From: Acidimicrobiia bacterium
GTDB taxonomy: Bacteria > Actinomycetota > Acidimicrobiia > Spongiisociales > ZC4RG35
Assembly (NCBI GenBank): GCA_050741915.1
Contig: JBOGEX010000106.1
Span: 702-64,701 of the forward strand
DNA length: 64,000 nt
Direction: 5' to 3'
Positions within the stretch are counted from its first letter, which is position 1. Each line of letters starts with the position of its first letter. The translations under genes and the position numbers were made by a program. Positions 35,568 through 44,480 of the stretch are shown here, one piece after another. The notes beneath the pieces were generated by a model. It did not search any database and was not told the DNA's origin. It saw only the letters and a list, made by a program, of their open reading frames with translations.

Positions 35568-37124
35568 TTAGACCTCGGAGGCGCCGACGTGGGCGGTCTC
35601 CCGCAACGGGAGTTCGGGCGTCAGCAGCGAGAGGACGAGCGCCAGGACCGTAAACGGCAGGGCCACCAAAAAAACTGTGCCGATCGAGGAGGCAAACACC
35701 TCGATTACCTGTGAGCGCACGGAGTCGGGCAGGGCGGCGATCGCAGCCGGGCTGGAAGTGAGCGGACCACCGCCTACCCCGGAGCCCAGACCGGCTAGTC
35801 GGGTGGCGAGCTGGCCAGTGAAGACGGCCCCGAGAAGAGCGGTGCCGAACGCACCCCCGAGCGACCGGAAAAAGTTGTTCGACGAGGTCGCCACTCCCAT
35901 GTCGCTGTGATCGACCGAGTTCTGAACGGCGAGCACCAGAACCGGCATGATCATGCCAACTCCGACACCGAGCACGAACATGTAGACCGAGGCCGTGGCG
36001 AGGACCGTCCCTACTCCCATCGTCGACAGCAGGAAAAAGGCCAGTGTGGCCAGCGCCGACCCGACCACCGGAAAGATCTTGTAGCGGCCGGTGCGGGTGA
36101 TGAGCCGGCCTCCGATGACAGAGCTCCCGATGATCCCTCCCATCATCGGAACCAGCAGCAACCCCGAGTTGGTGGCGCTGGCACCGACAACAACTTGCAA
36201 GAACAGCGGAAGGAAGACGATCCCTCCAAACATCGCCAGGCCGATGATGAAGCCAGAGGCCGAGGTCAACGCGAAGGTCCGGTTCCTAAAGAGACGAGGA
36301 GGCAGGATCGGTTCGACTGCCCGACGCTCCCACCAGAGAAATGCGAGGCCAACTACCGCCCCCGTCACCAGGAGCCCGATGATCTGCGGCGAGTTCCACT
36401 CGTACTCGTTACCACCCCAGACCATCGCCAGGAGGAGTGCGGACACGCTCACTACCAGGGTGGCAGCGCCGGCGAAGTCGATCGGTCGCGCTCGTCGGAC
36501 AAATGGGAGGTTGAGCGCGGACCCGGTAACGAAGAGGGCTACCAAACCAATCGGGACATTGATATAGAAGACCCACCGCCAATCAACGTTGTCGACAAAC
36601 CAGCCTCCGGCGAGCGGACCGGCCACACTGGCAAGGGCAAAAACCGCCCCAAAGTACCCCTGGTACCGACCGCGTTCGCGGGGCGAGAGGATGTCACCGA
36701 TGATGGTCATCGCCATGACAAAAAGCCCTCCGGCCCCCAGTCCTTGCAGGCCCCGCCACGCGACCAGCTGTCCCATGTTTTGTGAAAGCCCGCAGAGAAT
36801 CGAGCCAGCCAGGAAGAGAATGATCGCGGCCTGAAAGACCGCTTTTCGCCCGTAGAGATCAGAGATCTTTCCGTAGAGCGGTGCGGTAACGGTGGAGGCA
36901 AGAAGGTAAGCCGTTACCACCCACGAGAGCTGTTCGAGCCCACCCAGCTCGCCAACCATGGTCGGCAGAGCGGTGGCAACGATGGTCTGATCCAGGGCGG
37001 CAAGGAACAAGCCGATCATCAATCCCCAGATCACGGCCATTATCTGGCCATGGGTCATCGCCACCCGGGGCGTGGCAGGTGAAATGGTGTCGGTCATCGC
37101 AGAGTCCTCTCCCCCGTCGGGCAA
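35568..37124 (-). CDS. MFS transporter, DHA2 (EmrB/QacA, 14-TMS) type
   Basis: ORF 35568..37124 (518 aa). LDQTIVATALP and GKISDLYGRK motifs, about 14 hydrophobic helices. Confidence 0.85.
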   Translation of the reverse strand: MPDGGEDSAMTDTISPATPRVAMTHGQIMAVIWGLMIGLFLAALDQTIVATALPTMVGELGGLEQLSWVVTAYLLASTVTAPLYGKISDLYGRKAVFQAAIILFLAGSILCGLSQNMGQLVAWRGLQGLGAGGLFVMAMTIIGDILSPRERGRYQGYFGAVFALASVAGPLAGGWFVDNVDWRWVFYINVPIGLVALFVTGSALNLPFVRRARPIDFAGAATLVVSVSALLLAMVWGGNEYEWNSPQIIGLLVTGAVVGLAFLWWERRAVEPILPPRLFRNRTFALTSASGFIIGLAMFGGIVFLPLFLQVVVGASATNSGLLLVPMMGGIIGSSVIGGRLITRTGRYKIFPVVGSALATLAFFLLSTMGVGTVLATASVYMFVLGVGVGMIMPVLVLAVQNSVDHSDMGVATSSNNFFRSLGGAFGTALLGAVFTGQLATRLAGLGSGVGGGPLTSSPAAIAALPDSVRSQVIEVFASSIGTVFLVALPFTVLALVLSLLTPELPLRETAHVGASEV

Positions 37125-37231
37125 CGCATCAAAGCCAGCGGCTATTCCTTTGTCTAGTCAGTGAAAGTCGATCTCTGTACTTGCCCGGTATCGACGGGTG
37201 CAACCCGCGGTTCGCCGGTAGCCTCAGGCTG

Positions 37232-38911
37232 ATGGAAACCGATCGGCTGATCGAGACGATTCGACGGTCCGTCATCGGCGCCGACACTGCTGTCTTTACC
37301 CCATATGGCCTGCGCCGGGTCACCTATGCCGATTACACGGCTTCGGCCCGATCCCTCTCATTTATCGAGGACTTCATCCGGGAGACAGTCCTCCCCCTTT
37401 ATGCCAACACTCACACCGAAACCTCGGGGACGGGCCTCCAGACCACGCGATTCCGCGAGGACGCTCGCAGGCTGATTCGCCAGGCGGTGGGTGGCGACGA
37501 GAACCATGCCGTGATCTTCGCCGGCTCGGGCTCGACGGGCGCCATCGACCGCCTCATCACGATTCTCGGTTTGCGAGTGCCAGCGGCATTGGACGATCAA
37601 TTCGACCTCAGCAGTCATATTCCGCCCAATAAACGACCCGTTGTGTTTGTCGGACCATACGAGCACCATTCCAACGAGCTTGGCTGGCGGGAATCGATCG
37701 CCGACGTGGTGGAGATCACAGAGGACTCGGACGGTCATGTTGATCTCGATGATCTCGAACGGCGCCTGGTCGAGTTCTCCGATCGGCCACTTCGGATCGG
37801 ATCATTCTCGGCGGCCTCGAATGTCACCGGGATCATCACGGACACTTCCGCCGTCTCGACCTTGCTCCATCAACAGGGGGCACTTTCGTTCTGGGACTTC
37901 GCCGCGGCAGCTCCGTATGTCGGCATCGCCATGCGTCAAAAAGAGAAAGGCAATCTCGACTACAAGGACGCGATCTTCATCTCGCCCCACAAGTTCATCG
38001 GTGGTCCAGGAACACCGGGGGTGCTGGTGGTGAGAAAGGACCTGCTGGCCAACCGCGTCCCCTCGGTTCCGGGCGGGGGCACGGTGACCTATGTCAATAC
38101 ACTCGTGCATCGATATCTCACCGACCCCGAGCATCGGGAAGAAGGCGGCACCCCCGCCATCGTCGAATCGATCCGGGCCGGTCTGGTCTTCCAGCTCAAA
38201 GAAGCTGTGGGGACGGAGGAGATTCGCCGGCGCGAAGAGGACTTCATCCGGCGGGCCATCGACTCGTGGTCCCAGAACGACACCATCCAGATCCTGGGCA
38301 ATCCGAAGGCTGATCGGCTCTCGATCGTTTCGTTCGTCATCCGCTTTGGTGACCGCTACCTGCATCACAACTACATCGTTGCCTTACTCAACGATCTCTT
38401 TGGTATTCAGGCGCGAGGGGGGTGTTCATGCGCTGGACCGTACGGCCATCGCCTATTGGGCATCAACCTCGAGACCAGCCGCCGGCTCGAACGCCAAATC
38501 GGCCGCGGCTGCGAGGTGATCAAGCCGGGATGGGTAAGGGTCAACTTCAATTACTTCATCAGTGAAGAAGAGTTTCGGTTCATTGTCGAAGGGGTCCACT
38601 TGATCGCCGAGCATGGCTGGCGGCTGTTGCCCCACTACCGATTTGAGGCAGACACCGCCCTGTGGCGGCATCGCCTGGGGTTGCCGCATCCGCCGCTCTC
38701 CCTGTTCGAAATCGACTACGGCAATGGCCGGCTCGAGTACCGGACCAGTGGCCGGGAAGCGGTGGGTCCGGAGGAGTATCCGCGATACGTGGCAGACGCT
38801 CACAATCTCTTTGCAACGGCAGCCACCGACTCCGACGTCATAGATGACATCCTCGACTCAGAGGCCGAATCCCTGCGATGGTTTCCCCTACCGCATGAGG
38901 TCGGTGTTTGA
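37232..38911 (+). CDS. aminotransferase class-V-fold PLP-dependent enzyme (cysteine-desulfurase-like, long form)
   Basis: ORF 37079..38911 trimmed to ATG 37232. YADYTASARSL, ANTHTE, and FISPHKFIGGPGTPGVLV (PLP lysine). Confidence 0.8.
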   Translation: METDRLIETIRRSVIGADTAVFTPYGLRRVTYADYTASARSLSFIEDFIRETVLPLYANTHTETSGTGLQTTRFREDARRLIRQAVGGDENHAVIFAGSGSTGAIDRLITILGLRVPAALDDQFDLSSHIPPNKRPVVFVGPYEHHSNELGWRESIADVVEITEDSDGHVDLDDLERRLVEFSDRPLRIGSFSAASNVTGIITDTSAVSTLLHQQGALSFWDFAAAAPYVGIAMRQKEKGNLDYKDAIFISPHKFIGGPGTPGVLVVRKDLLANRVPSVPGGGTVTYVNTLVHRYLTDPEHREEGGTPAIVESIRAGLVFQLKEAVGTEEIRRREEDFIRRAIDSWSQNDTIQILGNPKADRLSIVSFVIRFGDRYLHHNYIVALLNDLFGIQARGGCSCAGPYGHRLLGINLETSRRLERQIGRGCEVIKPGWVRVNFNYFISEEEFRFIVEGVHLIAEHGWRLLPHYRFEADTALWRHRLGLPHPPLSLFEIDYGNGRLEYRTSGREAVGPEEYPRYVADAHNLFATAATDSDVIDDILDSEAESLRWFPLPHEVGV

Positions 38912-39374
38912 CGACCGACCACGTCCTCGCGGTCAACGCCCCACCCGGCGGTGTCCCCAAGCGTCCGGTTGACACAGCTTTCGTCTTCACCCATGGCCTG
39001 GAAGGGGATCAGCACACGGATCGGGTTCACCACGGAGGCCTTATGCGGGCAGTCTGCCTCTCTCCAACGAGGTCATAACCGCTCTCCAAGCCGAGGGACA
39101 CCCGATCTTTTCTGGGGCGGCGGGCGAGAACGTAACCGTAAGCGGAGTGGACTGGGAGGAGGTCGTGCCCGGCACGCAGTGGTCCATCGGTGACGAAGTG
39201 GAGATCGAGATCACTAGCTATACGAGCCCTTGCCACAAGAACGCACCGTGGTTTGTCGACGGACGCTTCTCGAGAATCAGTCAGTCGCTCCACCCGGGAC
39301 TCGCTCGCGACTATGCGAAGGTCATGGCAGTAGGGCCGATTTCTGTGGGCGATCAATTCATCCGGAGGGAATGA
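38908..39374 (+). pseudogene. MOSC-domain protein with a frameshift near 39061
   Basis: The TTG at 38908 overlaps the upstream stop. The first frame gives GVPKRPVDTAFVFTHGLEGDQHTDRVHHGGLMRAVCL and then stops at 39076. Homology continues in another frame (SNEVITALQAEGHPIFSGAAGENVTVSGVDWEEV...SPCHK), which is ORF 39147..39374. Confidence 0.65.
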
Positions 39375-39993
39375 ATGAAACGCGGGGTCCTCGACCAGGC
39401 GAGATTTGCGGCAACCGCATCGAAGTCGGTCCCTTCTTCAAAAAAACCCGGGGCGGATTCCGGGGTATTGGAAAGTTTCGACCTCGAGGCCCATCGAGGC
39501 CCATCGAGGCCCATCGTCGCGGTGTCGTCTGAGCTGATCCACGGATCTTCGCCGGCGAGGTGTAGCTGGTAGCGGGCACTTGATCCCGTGAAGTCGATTG
39601 CCTGTGTGCCATAGAAGAGACGACCGCGTTGACAAGTTGCGGCCGTCGCACCGAAACCCACAACGCCATCGAACCGCCCTTACCCAGTCCGAGGACCATC
39701 GCCGGTCCGGGTGCCGACTTCCCCAGCACCTCCAGTCCTCCCAGGGTCGCCGAGGCGAGCTGATTCGGATCGGCCGCGCCCAGGGCCTCCTCAGCCTCTA
39801 ATTGGGTGGCGGGCGGCGTCCCGACGAGAAGGTCGGGAACGATTACGGTGCAGGCCTGGTCGGCTAGGCGGTCGGCCAGCTTCTTCGTGGCACCGTTAAG
39901 CCCGTGCCAGGAGTGGAGCAGCAAGACCGGATTAGCCGGCGTTGGCGGCCCGACGTAATAAGCCAATCCAGAGATCGCTCGAATTTTGACCAC
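39358..39993 (-). pseudogene. dienelactone-hydrolase-family protein, disrupted (frameshift near 39645 plus a 10-nt x3 tandem repeat)
   Basis: GTG 39993. PVLLLHSWHGLNGATKKLADRLADQACTVIVPDLL lies in ORF 39358..40161. Homology then moves to ORF 39353..39661 (FYGTQAIDF...HLAGEDPWIS). The YPG-containing segment sits in a third frame (ORF 39438..39635). Confidence 0.6.
39485..39516. repeat. tandem 10-nt repeat cgaggcccat x3 (+2 nt) inside the dienelactone hydrolase remnant
   Basis: Direct reading: acct cgaggcccat cgaggcccat cgaggcccat cg. The unit length is not a multiple of three. An A7 run lies at 39440-39446. Confidence 0.9.
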
Positions 39994-40873
39994 GACTTCG
40001 CACCTATCCGAAAAGGACCGGCGGGGAATTGCGTACACCGCGCTGGCAGCCTTGTTGTTCGGTGTGAATGGGGCCGTCGCGGCCGACCTCGTCCGGGAGA
40101 TTCCGGTCGGCAACATCGCCCAACTTCGTTCGGTCCTGGCGGCGTTGGTGCTGGGCCTCATCGCTTATCGGCGCCGGGCGGTCGCGACTGGCGGCAGGCT
40201 CGGGGTACTTGCCATCTTCGGTCTGAACCTGGCCATCGTCTCCGTTTCCTTCTTCGTGGCCATCTCTCGCCTCGGAGTGGGCCCGGGGGTGACGATTCAG
40301 TTCAGCGGGCCGGTTCTGGTCCTGGCATGGATGCGAGTGGTGAACAAGCGCCAGGTTCCATCGCTGGCCTGGATCGCAGCTCTCGTCGCTCTGGCCGGTG
40401 TCGCCCTCGTGAGCGGCGCCCCCGAGTTCGGACGGCTCGATCCCCTGGGTCTCGTGGCGGCAGGAATCGCCGCCACGAGCTTCGCCACCTACATAATCCT
40501 GTCGAACTTTCTCGGCCGCGGGCTGCCAACCATCACGATTGCCGCCTATGGCTTTTCCTTTTCGGCGCTTTTCTTGCTGGCCGCTTTCAGGGTGGTGTTG
40601 CCGCCCGCGCTGCCGCGGGTCCTGATCGAGCTTGTCTGGCTGGTGCTGTTGGGAACTGTGGCCCCATTTCTGCTCGAGGTGGCCGCCTTGCGGATGACAG
40701 ATCCCGCCATCGTGGGAGTTGTCGCCACACTGGAGCCCCCGGTCGCTGCCGCGGCCGCCTGGTTATGGCTCGACCAGACACTTACTCCGCTCCAGGTTCT
40801 GGGCGGGCTCTTGGTAGTGGGAGCGGTGGCGTTGATCCAGCGTTATTCGTCTCGTCCGGCCCTGGGGCTCTGA
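39986..40873 (+). CDS. EamA/DMT family transporter
   Basis: ORF 39986..40873 (295 aa, TTG), 10 hydrophobic segments in two EamA-like halves. Confidence 0.8.
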   Translation: MTTTSHLSEKDRRGIAYTALAALLFGVNGAVAADLVREIPVGNIAQLRSVLAALVLGLIAYRRRAVATGGRLGVLAIFGLNLAIVSVSFFVAISRLGVGPGVTIQFSGPVLVLAWMRVVNKRQVPSLAWIAALVALAGVALVSGAPEFGRLDPLGLVAAGIAATSFATYIILSNFLGRGLPTITIAAYGFSFSALFLLAAFRVVLPPALPRVLIELVWLVLLGTVAPFLLEVAALRMTDPAIVGVVATLEPPVAAAAAWLWLDQTLTPLQVLGGLLVVGAVALIQRYSSRPALGL

Positions 40874-40920
40874 GCCCTGGGCAGTTGTGCCGTCGATCAT
40901 CGGCACCGGAAGAGGTTTGC

Positions 40921-41310
40921 ATGCCGACCCGGTTCAATCCTTACGTATCGTTCAGCGACAACGCCCGCCAGGCGATGGAGTTCTACAAAGGAGTCTTTGG
41001 CGGCTCAACACATTCGGTGAGTACGGTCGCCGGATGACCCGGGGGCCAACAACATCATGCATGCCAAACGGATAGTGGGCTGACCTTGATGGGAGCCGAC
41101 ACTCCACCCGGACAAGAGCGGAAGCCGGAGACCAACTTTGCCGTCAGCCTGAGCGGCGAAGATGACGAGGAGCTCCGGGGCTACTTCAAGACTGTCGGCC
41201 GGCGGGAACGTGACTGTCCCCCTCGAGAAGCAGATGTGGGGGAGACGAGTCCGGCATGTGCACCGACCAGTTCGACGTCCCCTGGATGGTGAATATCGTC
41301 CAGCCGCCAG
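40921..41310 (+). pseudogene. PhnB/YjdN-like VOC-fold protein, heavily frameshifted (at least 4-5 frame changes)
   Basis: MPTRFNPYVSFSDNARQAMEFYKGVFGG | LNTFGEYG | DDPGANNIMHAK | LTLMGADTPPGQ...EELRGYFKT | LSAGGNVTVPLEKQMWG | FGMCTDQFDVPWMVNI are each in different frames. The 3' end runs into repeat Y/X. Confidence 0.6.
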
Positions 41311-41338
41311 GCCGCAAAGCTGTTCTGCGCGAAAGCGC

Positions 41339-41385
41339 GCCCCCCTCCCGGCTTCGCCGGCACTCCCTCCTGCGGGGGGAGAAAC
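41339..41385 (-). repeat. GC-rich structured intergenic repeat, family Y
   Basis: Reverse strand: gtttctccccccgcaggagggagtgccggcgaagccgggaggggggc. Confidence 0.8.
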
Positions 41386-41396
41386 CGCGCTCTTCT

Positions 41397-41457
41397 GTTT
41401 CTCCCCCCAGCGAGCGAAGCGAGTGTTGGGGGGAGTGGCCCGAAGGGCCGAGGGGGG
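41397..41457 (-). repeat. GC-rich structured intergenic repeat, family X
   Basis: Plus strand: gtttctccccccag cgagcgaagcgagtgttggggggagtggcccgaagggccgagggggg. Confidence 0.8.
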
Positions 41458-41508
41458 TTTAGGCGCGAAGAATCTGCGCAGAAGGGCGCCCGTACACTCG
41501 ACGGGCTC

Positions 41509-43185
41509 ATGACCTCGTCCGTTGCTCCTCTTCAGCTGCGCGGATTCCGGTCGCTGTGGGCGGCATCCCTCTTCTCCAACATCGGTGGCTTTTTGCAGGC
41601 GTCGGCTGCAGCCTGGCTGGTGCTCGATCTCACGGGCTCCGCCACCTGGGTCGGGCTTATTGCCGCCTCGACCACACTCCCCTTCCTTGCCCTCGCTCTC
41701 CTCGCCGGCGCTGTGGCCGATATGACCGATCGAGTCCGGATCCTTCTCGTCTCCCAAATCGCCATGGCCATCGCTGCGGCCGCCATGGCCGTCATGGCCT
41801 TCATCGGTGAAGCCACCCCGCTGCGCTTGTTGGTCCTGGGGTTGCTCATCGGGGTGGCCGGATCGTTCAATCTTCCCGCCTGGCAAGCCCTCGTCCCCGA
41901 CCTGGTACCGCGGGACATGATCGCTTCCGCCGTTGCTCTCAACTCGGTCTCCTTCAACGTTGCCCGGGCCGTGGGACCGGCGCTCGGTGGCCTGCTCATT
42001 TCCACCGTCGGAGCGGAGGCTGGCTTTGGGCTCAATGCCCTCTCATACATCTCTGTCGTGCTGGCGCTCTGGTACATCGGCCGCTCCGGGACAGAAAAAC
42101 CTGCCGATGTCGCCCCGCTCATCACGGCAATGGCGCTGGGGTGGCGATTTGCGCGCTACACCCACAGCTTCCGACGAGTGCTCTTGTTTGGAGCTTTATT
42201 CGGGCTCACGTCGTCGGTTGTGCCGACAGTACTCCCCAGCCATACCGAGGCGCTCGGAGGAGGATCACTCGCCTATGGAGTGCTCCTCGGCACGATGGGA
42301 GTCGGAGCCATTGTCTCGGCATTTGCCAGACGAAAGCTGGCGGACGGATTGAAGCAATGGACAGTGCCTGTCGCCATCGCCGGTTACTCGCTCGGCGGCA
42401 TCGCCGTCGGCCTGGCTCCCTCCCTTCCGTGGGCGGTGCCGGGCCTGATCGTTTCCGGTGCCTCGCTGGTCCTTGCCACCACCACTCTCAACTCGACAGC
42501 GCAAATGCTCAGCCCCCGCTGGGTTCGAGGAAGGACGATGAGCCTCTGGTCGCTGGCGTTTGTGGGAGTGACTCCAATCGGTGCGATTCTCTCCGGGGCG
42601 GTCGCCGACGCTTTGAGCACCAAAGCGTCCTATGTGCTGATCTCGCTGTCCGGGGTGGGCCTGGGATTGGCGGCCCTTCGCTCGGGCATCCCGGTGCTGA
42701 GCGAGATCGTTCCTCCAGAATTCGACCCCGATCGCGCCCCGCCCGAGCACGTCGAGACCCTCGATAGCGGCCCGGTCATGGTGCTCAACACTTTCGACAT
42801 CGATCCGGTTCAGGTCGACCTGTTTCTCGGGGTAATGCAGGACCTCCGTCTGGTCCGGCTGCGCACCGGTGCCTATCGCTGGCGCCTCTACAGAGATGCT
42901 GCCGACCCTCGCCGTCTGATCGAGATGTTCCTCGTCGTCTCCTGGCGAGAGCATCTCAATCAGCACCGACGCATTGATGATCTCTCGGCAGCTCTCATCC
43001 GGCGGGCGCGCTCGTTTGATCGAACCGGAGAGCCAAGAGCGCGACACCTTCTCGCAGTCGATGTGGAACGGCCGCCCGATTTCGATCTATTAGTCGCCAC
43101 CCACACCCACATGCACGAAACCGACGGTTCCATTCTCCTGGAAGAAACCGCCGAATTCGAGCCCATCCGGCGCGATCACATATGA
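41509..43185 (+). CDS. MFS transporter (MFS_3/EntS-like) with a ~150-aa soluble C-terminal extension
   Basis: ORF 41509..43185 (558 aa). The N-terminus LRGFRSLWAASLFSNIGGFLQ is followed by 12 TM helices. The hydrophilic tail is VMVLNTFDIDPVQVDLFLGVMQDLRLVRLRTGAYRWRLYRD...SWREHLNQHRR. Confidence 0.85.
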   Translation: MTSSVAPLQLRGFRSLWAASLFSNIGGFLQASAAAWLVLDLTGSATWVGLIAASTTLPFLALALLAGAVADMTDRVRILLVSQIAMAIAAAAMAVMAFIGEATPLRLLVLGLLIGVAGSFNLPAWQALVPDLVPRDMIASAVALNSVSFNVARAVGPALGGLLISTVGAEAGFGLNALSYISVVLALWYIGRSGTEKPADVAPLITAMALGWRFARYTHSFRRVLLFGALFGLTSSVVPTVLPSHTEALGGGSLAYGVLLGTMGVGAIVSAFARRKLADGLKQWTVPVAIAGYSLGGIAVGLAPSLPWAVPGLIVSGASLVLATTTLNSTAQMLSPRWVRGRTMSLWSLAFVGVTPIGAILSGAVADALSTKASYVLISLSGVGLGLAALRSGIPVLSEIVPPEFDPDRAPPEHVETLDSGPVMVLNTFDIDPVQVDLFLGVMQDLRLVRLRTGAYRWRLYRDAADPRRLIEMFLVVSWREHLNQHRRIDDLSAALIRRARSFDRTGEPRARHLLAVDVERPPDFDLLVATHTHMHETDGSILLEETAEFEPIRRDHI

Positions 43186-44441
43186 CGACCCAAACCAGAG
43201 GCCGCTACCGCCGACTCCTCGCCGAGAACGCCGACTTCAGGCGGCTCTACCTCGCCCGCCTGGTCTCCTTCGGCGGGGATTGGTTTCTCCTGGTGCCGAT
43301 GCTGTCTCTGGTTCACGAACTGAGTCGCTCGCCTTTCCTCACCGCCGCCGTGCTCACCGCCAACACGTTGCCCGCGTTCCTGCTATCGCCGATCGGCGGG
43401 GTCATAGCCGATCGCCTCAACCGGAAGAAAATCATCGTTTGGTCGAGTCTGGTCGCCGCCGGGGCCAGTGCCACTCTCCTCTCTGCCGAGACGTCGTTCA
43501 TCCGCGACAACGGACTCGGGGTAGCTCTGATCCTGGGGGCGATGTCGATCCTCGCCGCGCTCAGCGCTCTCATCACTCCAGCCTCTTCGGCGGCGTTGCC
43601 GGTGATCGTTGAACCGACCGAGCTTGCTGACGCCTCGTTTCTCCTCGAATCGACCTGGGGGACAATGGCCGCGGTCGGGGCGGCGTTGGGCGGGGTCGTC
43701 GCCACATTCTTTGGACGAAGGGCGGCCGTAGCAGTCGATGTCACGAGCTTTCTCGTGGCCGCTACGTTGATCTGGCGGGTGCGAACCAACCTCTCTCCCC
43801 GCAGGGAGCGGGCGATCGACGAACCCCCTCCTCGTCTCAGGTCGGCATTTACCTATATCGCTCGGAAGCCGCCAGTGGCGGCGCTCCTGACTTCGAAAGC
43901 GGGCTTTGCCATCTTTGGAGGTGGCGCGGTGGCGCTCTTGCCGGTGCTGGCTTTGGATTCCTTCGGCGCCGGCGATGATGGTGTTGGTTGGCTCCTCGCC
44001 GCCCGCGGGATCGGCGTCGTGATCGGCCCCTTTCTCATCCGCCGAATAGTGGGCGGCAGCGATCGTGCCGTGCTCACTTCAATCGGTGCCTGTATGGCCT
44101 TTTGGGGTCTCTCTTATCTGGGGACCGCGACGGCACCCTCCCTCGTCTTGGCCGCGGCGGCAGTGTTCTTCGGACATGCCGGGGCCGGGAGCCAGTGGAG
44201 CTTCTCCTCCTACGGCCTCCAGCTCTACACCGACAATTCCATCAAGGGTCGCATCTTCGGTCTCGATTTTGCCGCCGTCACTCTTACCGCCACCGTGTCC
44301 CAATTGCTCTTCGGATGGTTGGCGACGTCCTATTCGGTTCGCTCCATATTCCTGGGACTGGCAATCGCGGCGATCATCTTCGGGCTCGTGTGGCGGAGAG
44401 CAACATCGAGATACTGGAACGAGCCGGCTCACGCCGTCTGA
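43182..44441 (+). CDS. MFS transporter (MFS_3-like), translationally coupled paralog
   Basis: ORF 43182..44441 (419 aa). ATGA overlap with the upstream MFS gene. FRRLYLARLVSFGGDWF at the N-terminus. Confidence 0.85.
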   Translation: MTTQTRGRYRRLLAENADFRRLYLARLVSFGGDWFLLVPMLSLVHELSRSPFLTAAVLTANTLPAFLLSPIGGVIADRLNRKKIIVWSSLVAAGASATLLSAETSFIRDNGLGVALILGAMSILAALSALITPASSAALPVIVEPTELADASFLLESTWGTMAAVGAALGGVVATFFGRRAAVAVDVTSFLVAATLIWRVRTNLSPRRERAIDEPPPRLRSAFTYIARKPPVAALLTSKAGFAIFGGGAVALLPVLALDSFGAGDDGVGWLLAARGIGVVIGPFLIRRIVGGSDRAVLTSIGACMAFWGLSYLGTATAPSLVLAAAAVFFGHAGAGSQWSFSSYGLQLYTDNSIKGRIFGLDFAAVTLTATVSQLLFGWLATSYSVRSIFLGLAIAAIIFGLVWRRATSRYWNEPAHAV

Positions 44442-44480
44442 GATGCCTGCAACCTGGCGGGTCTTTGTGGGGTTCCTTGA

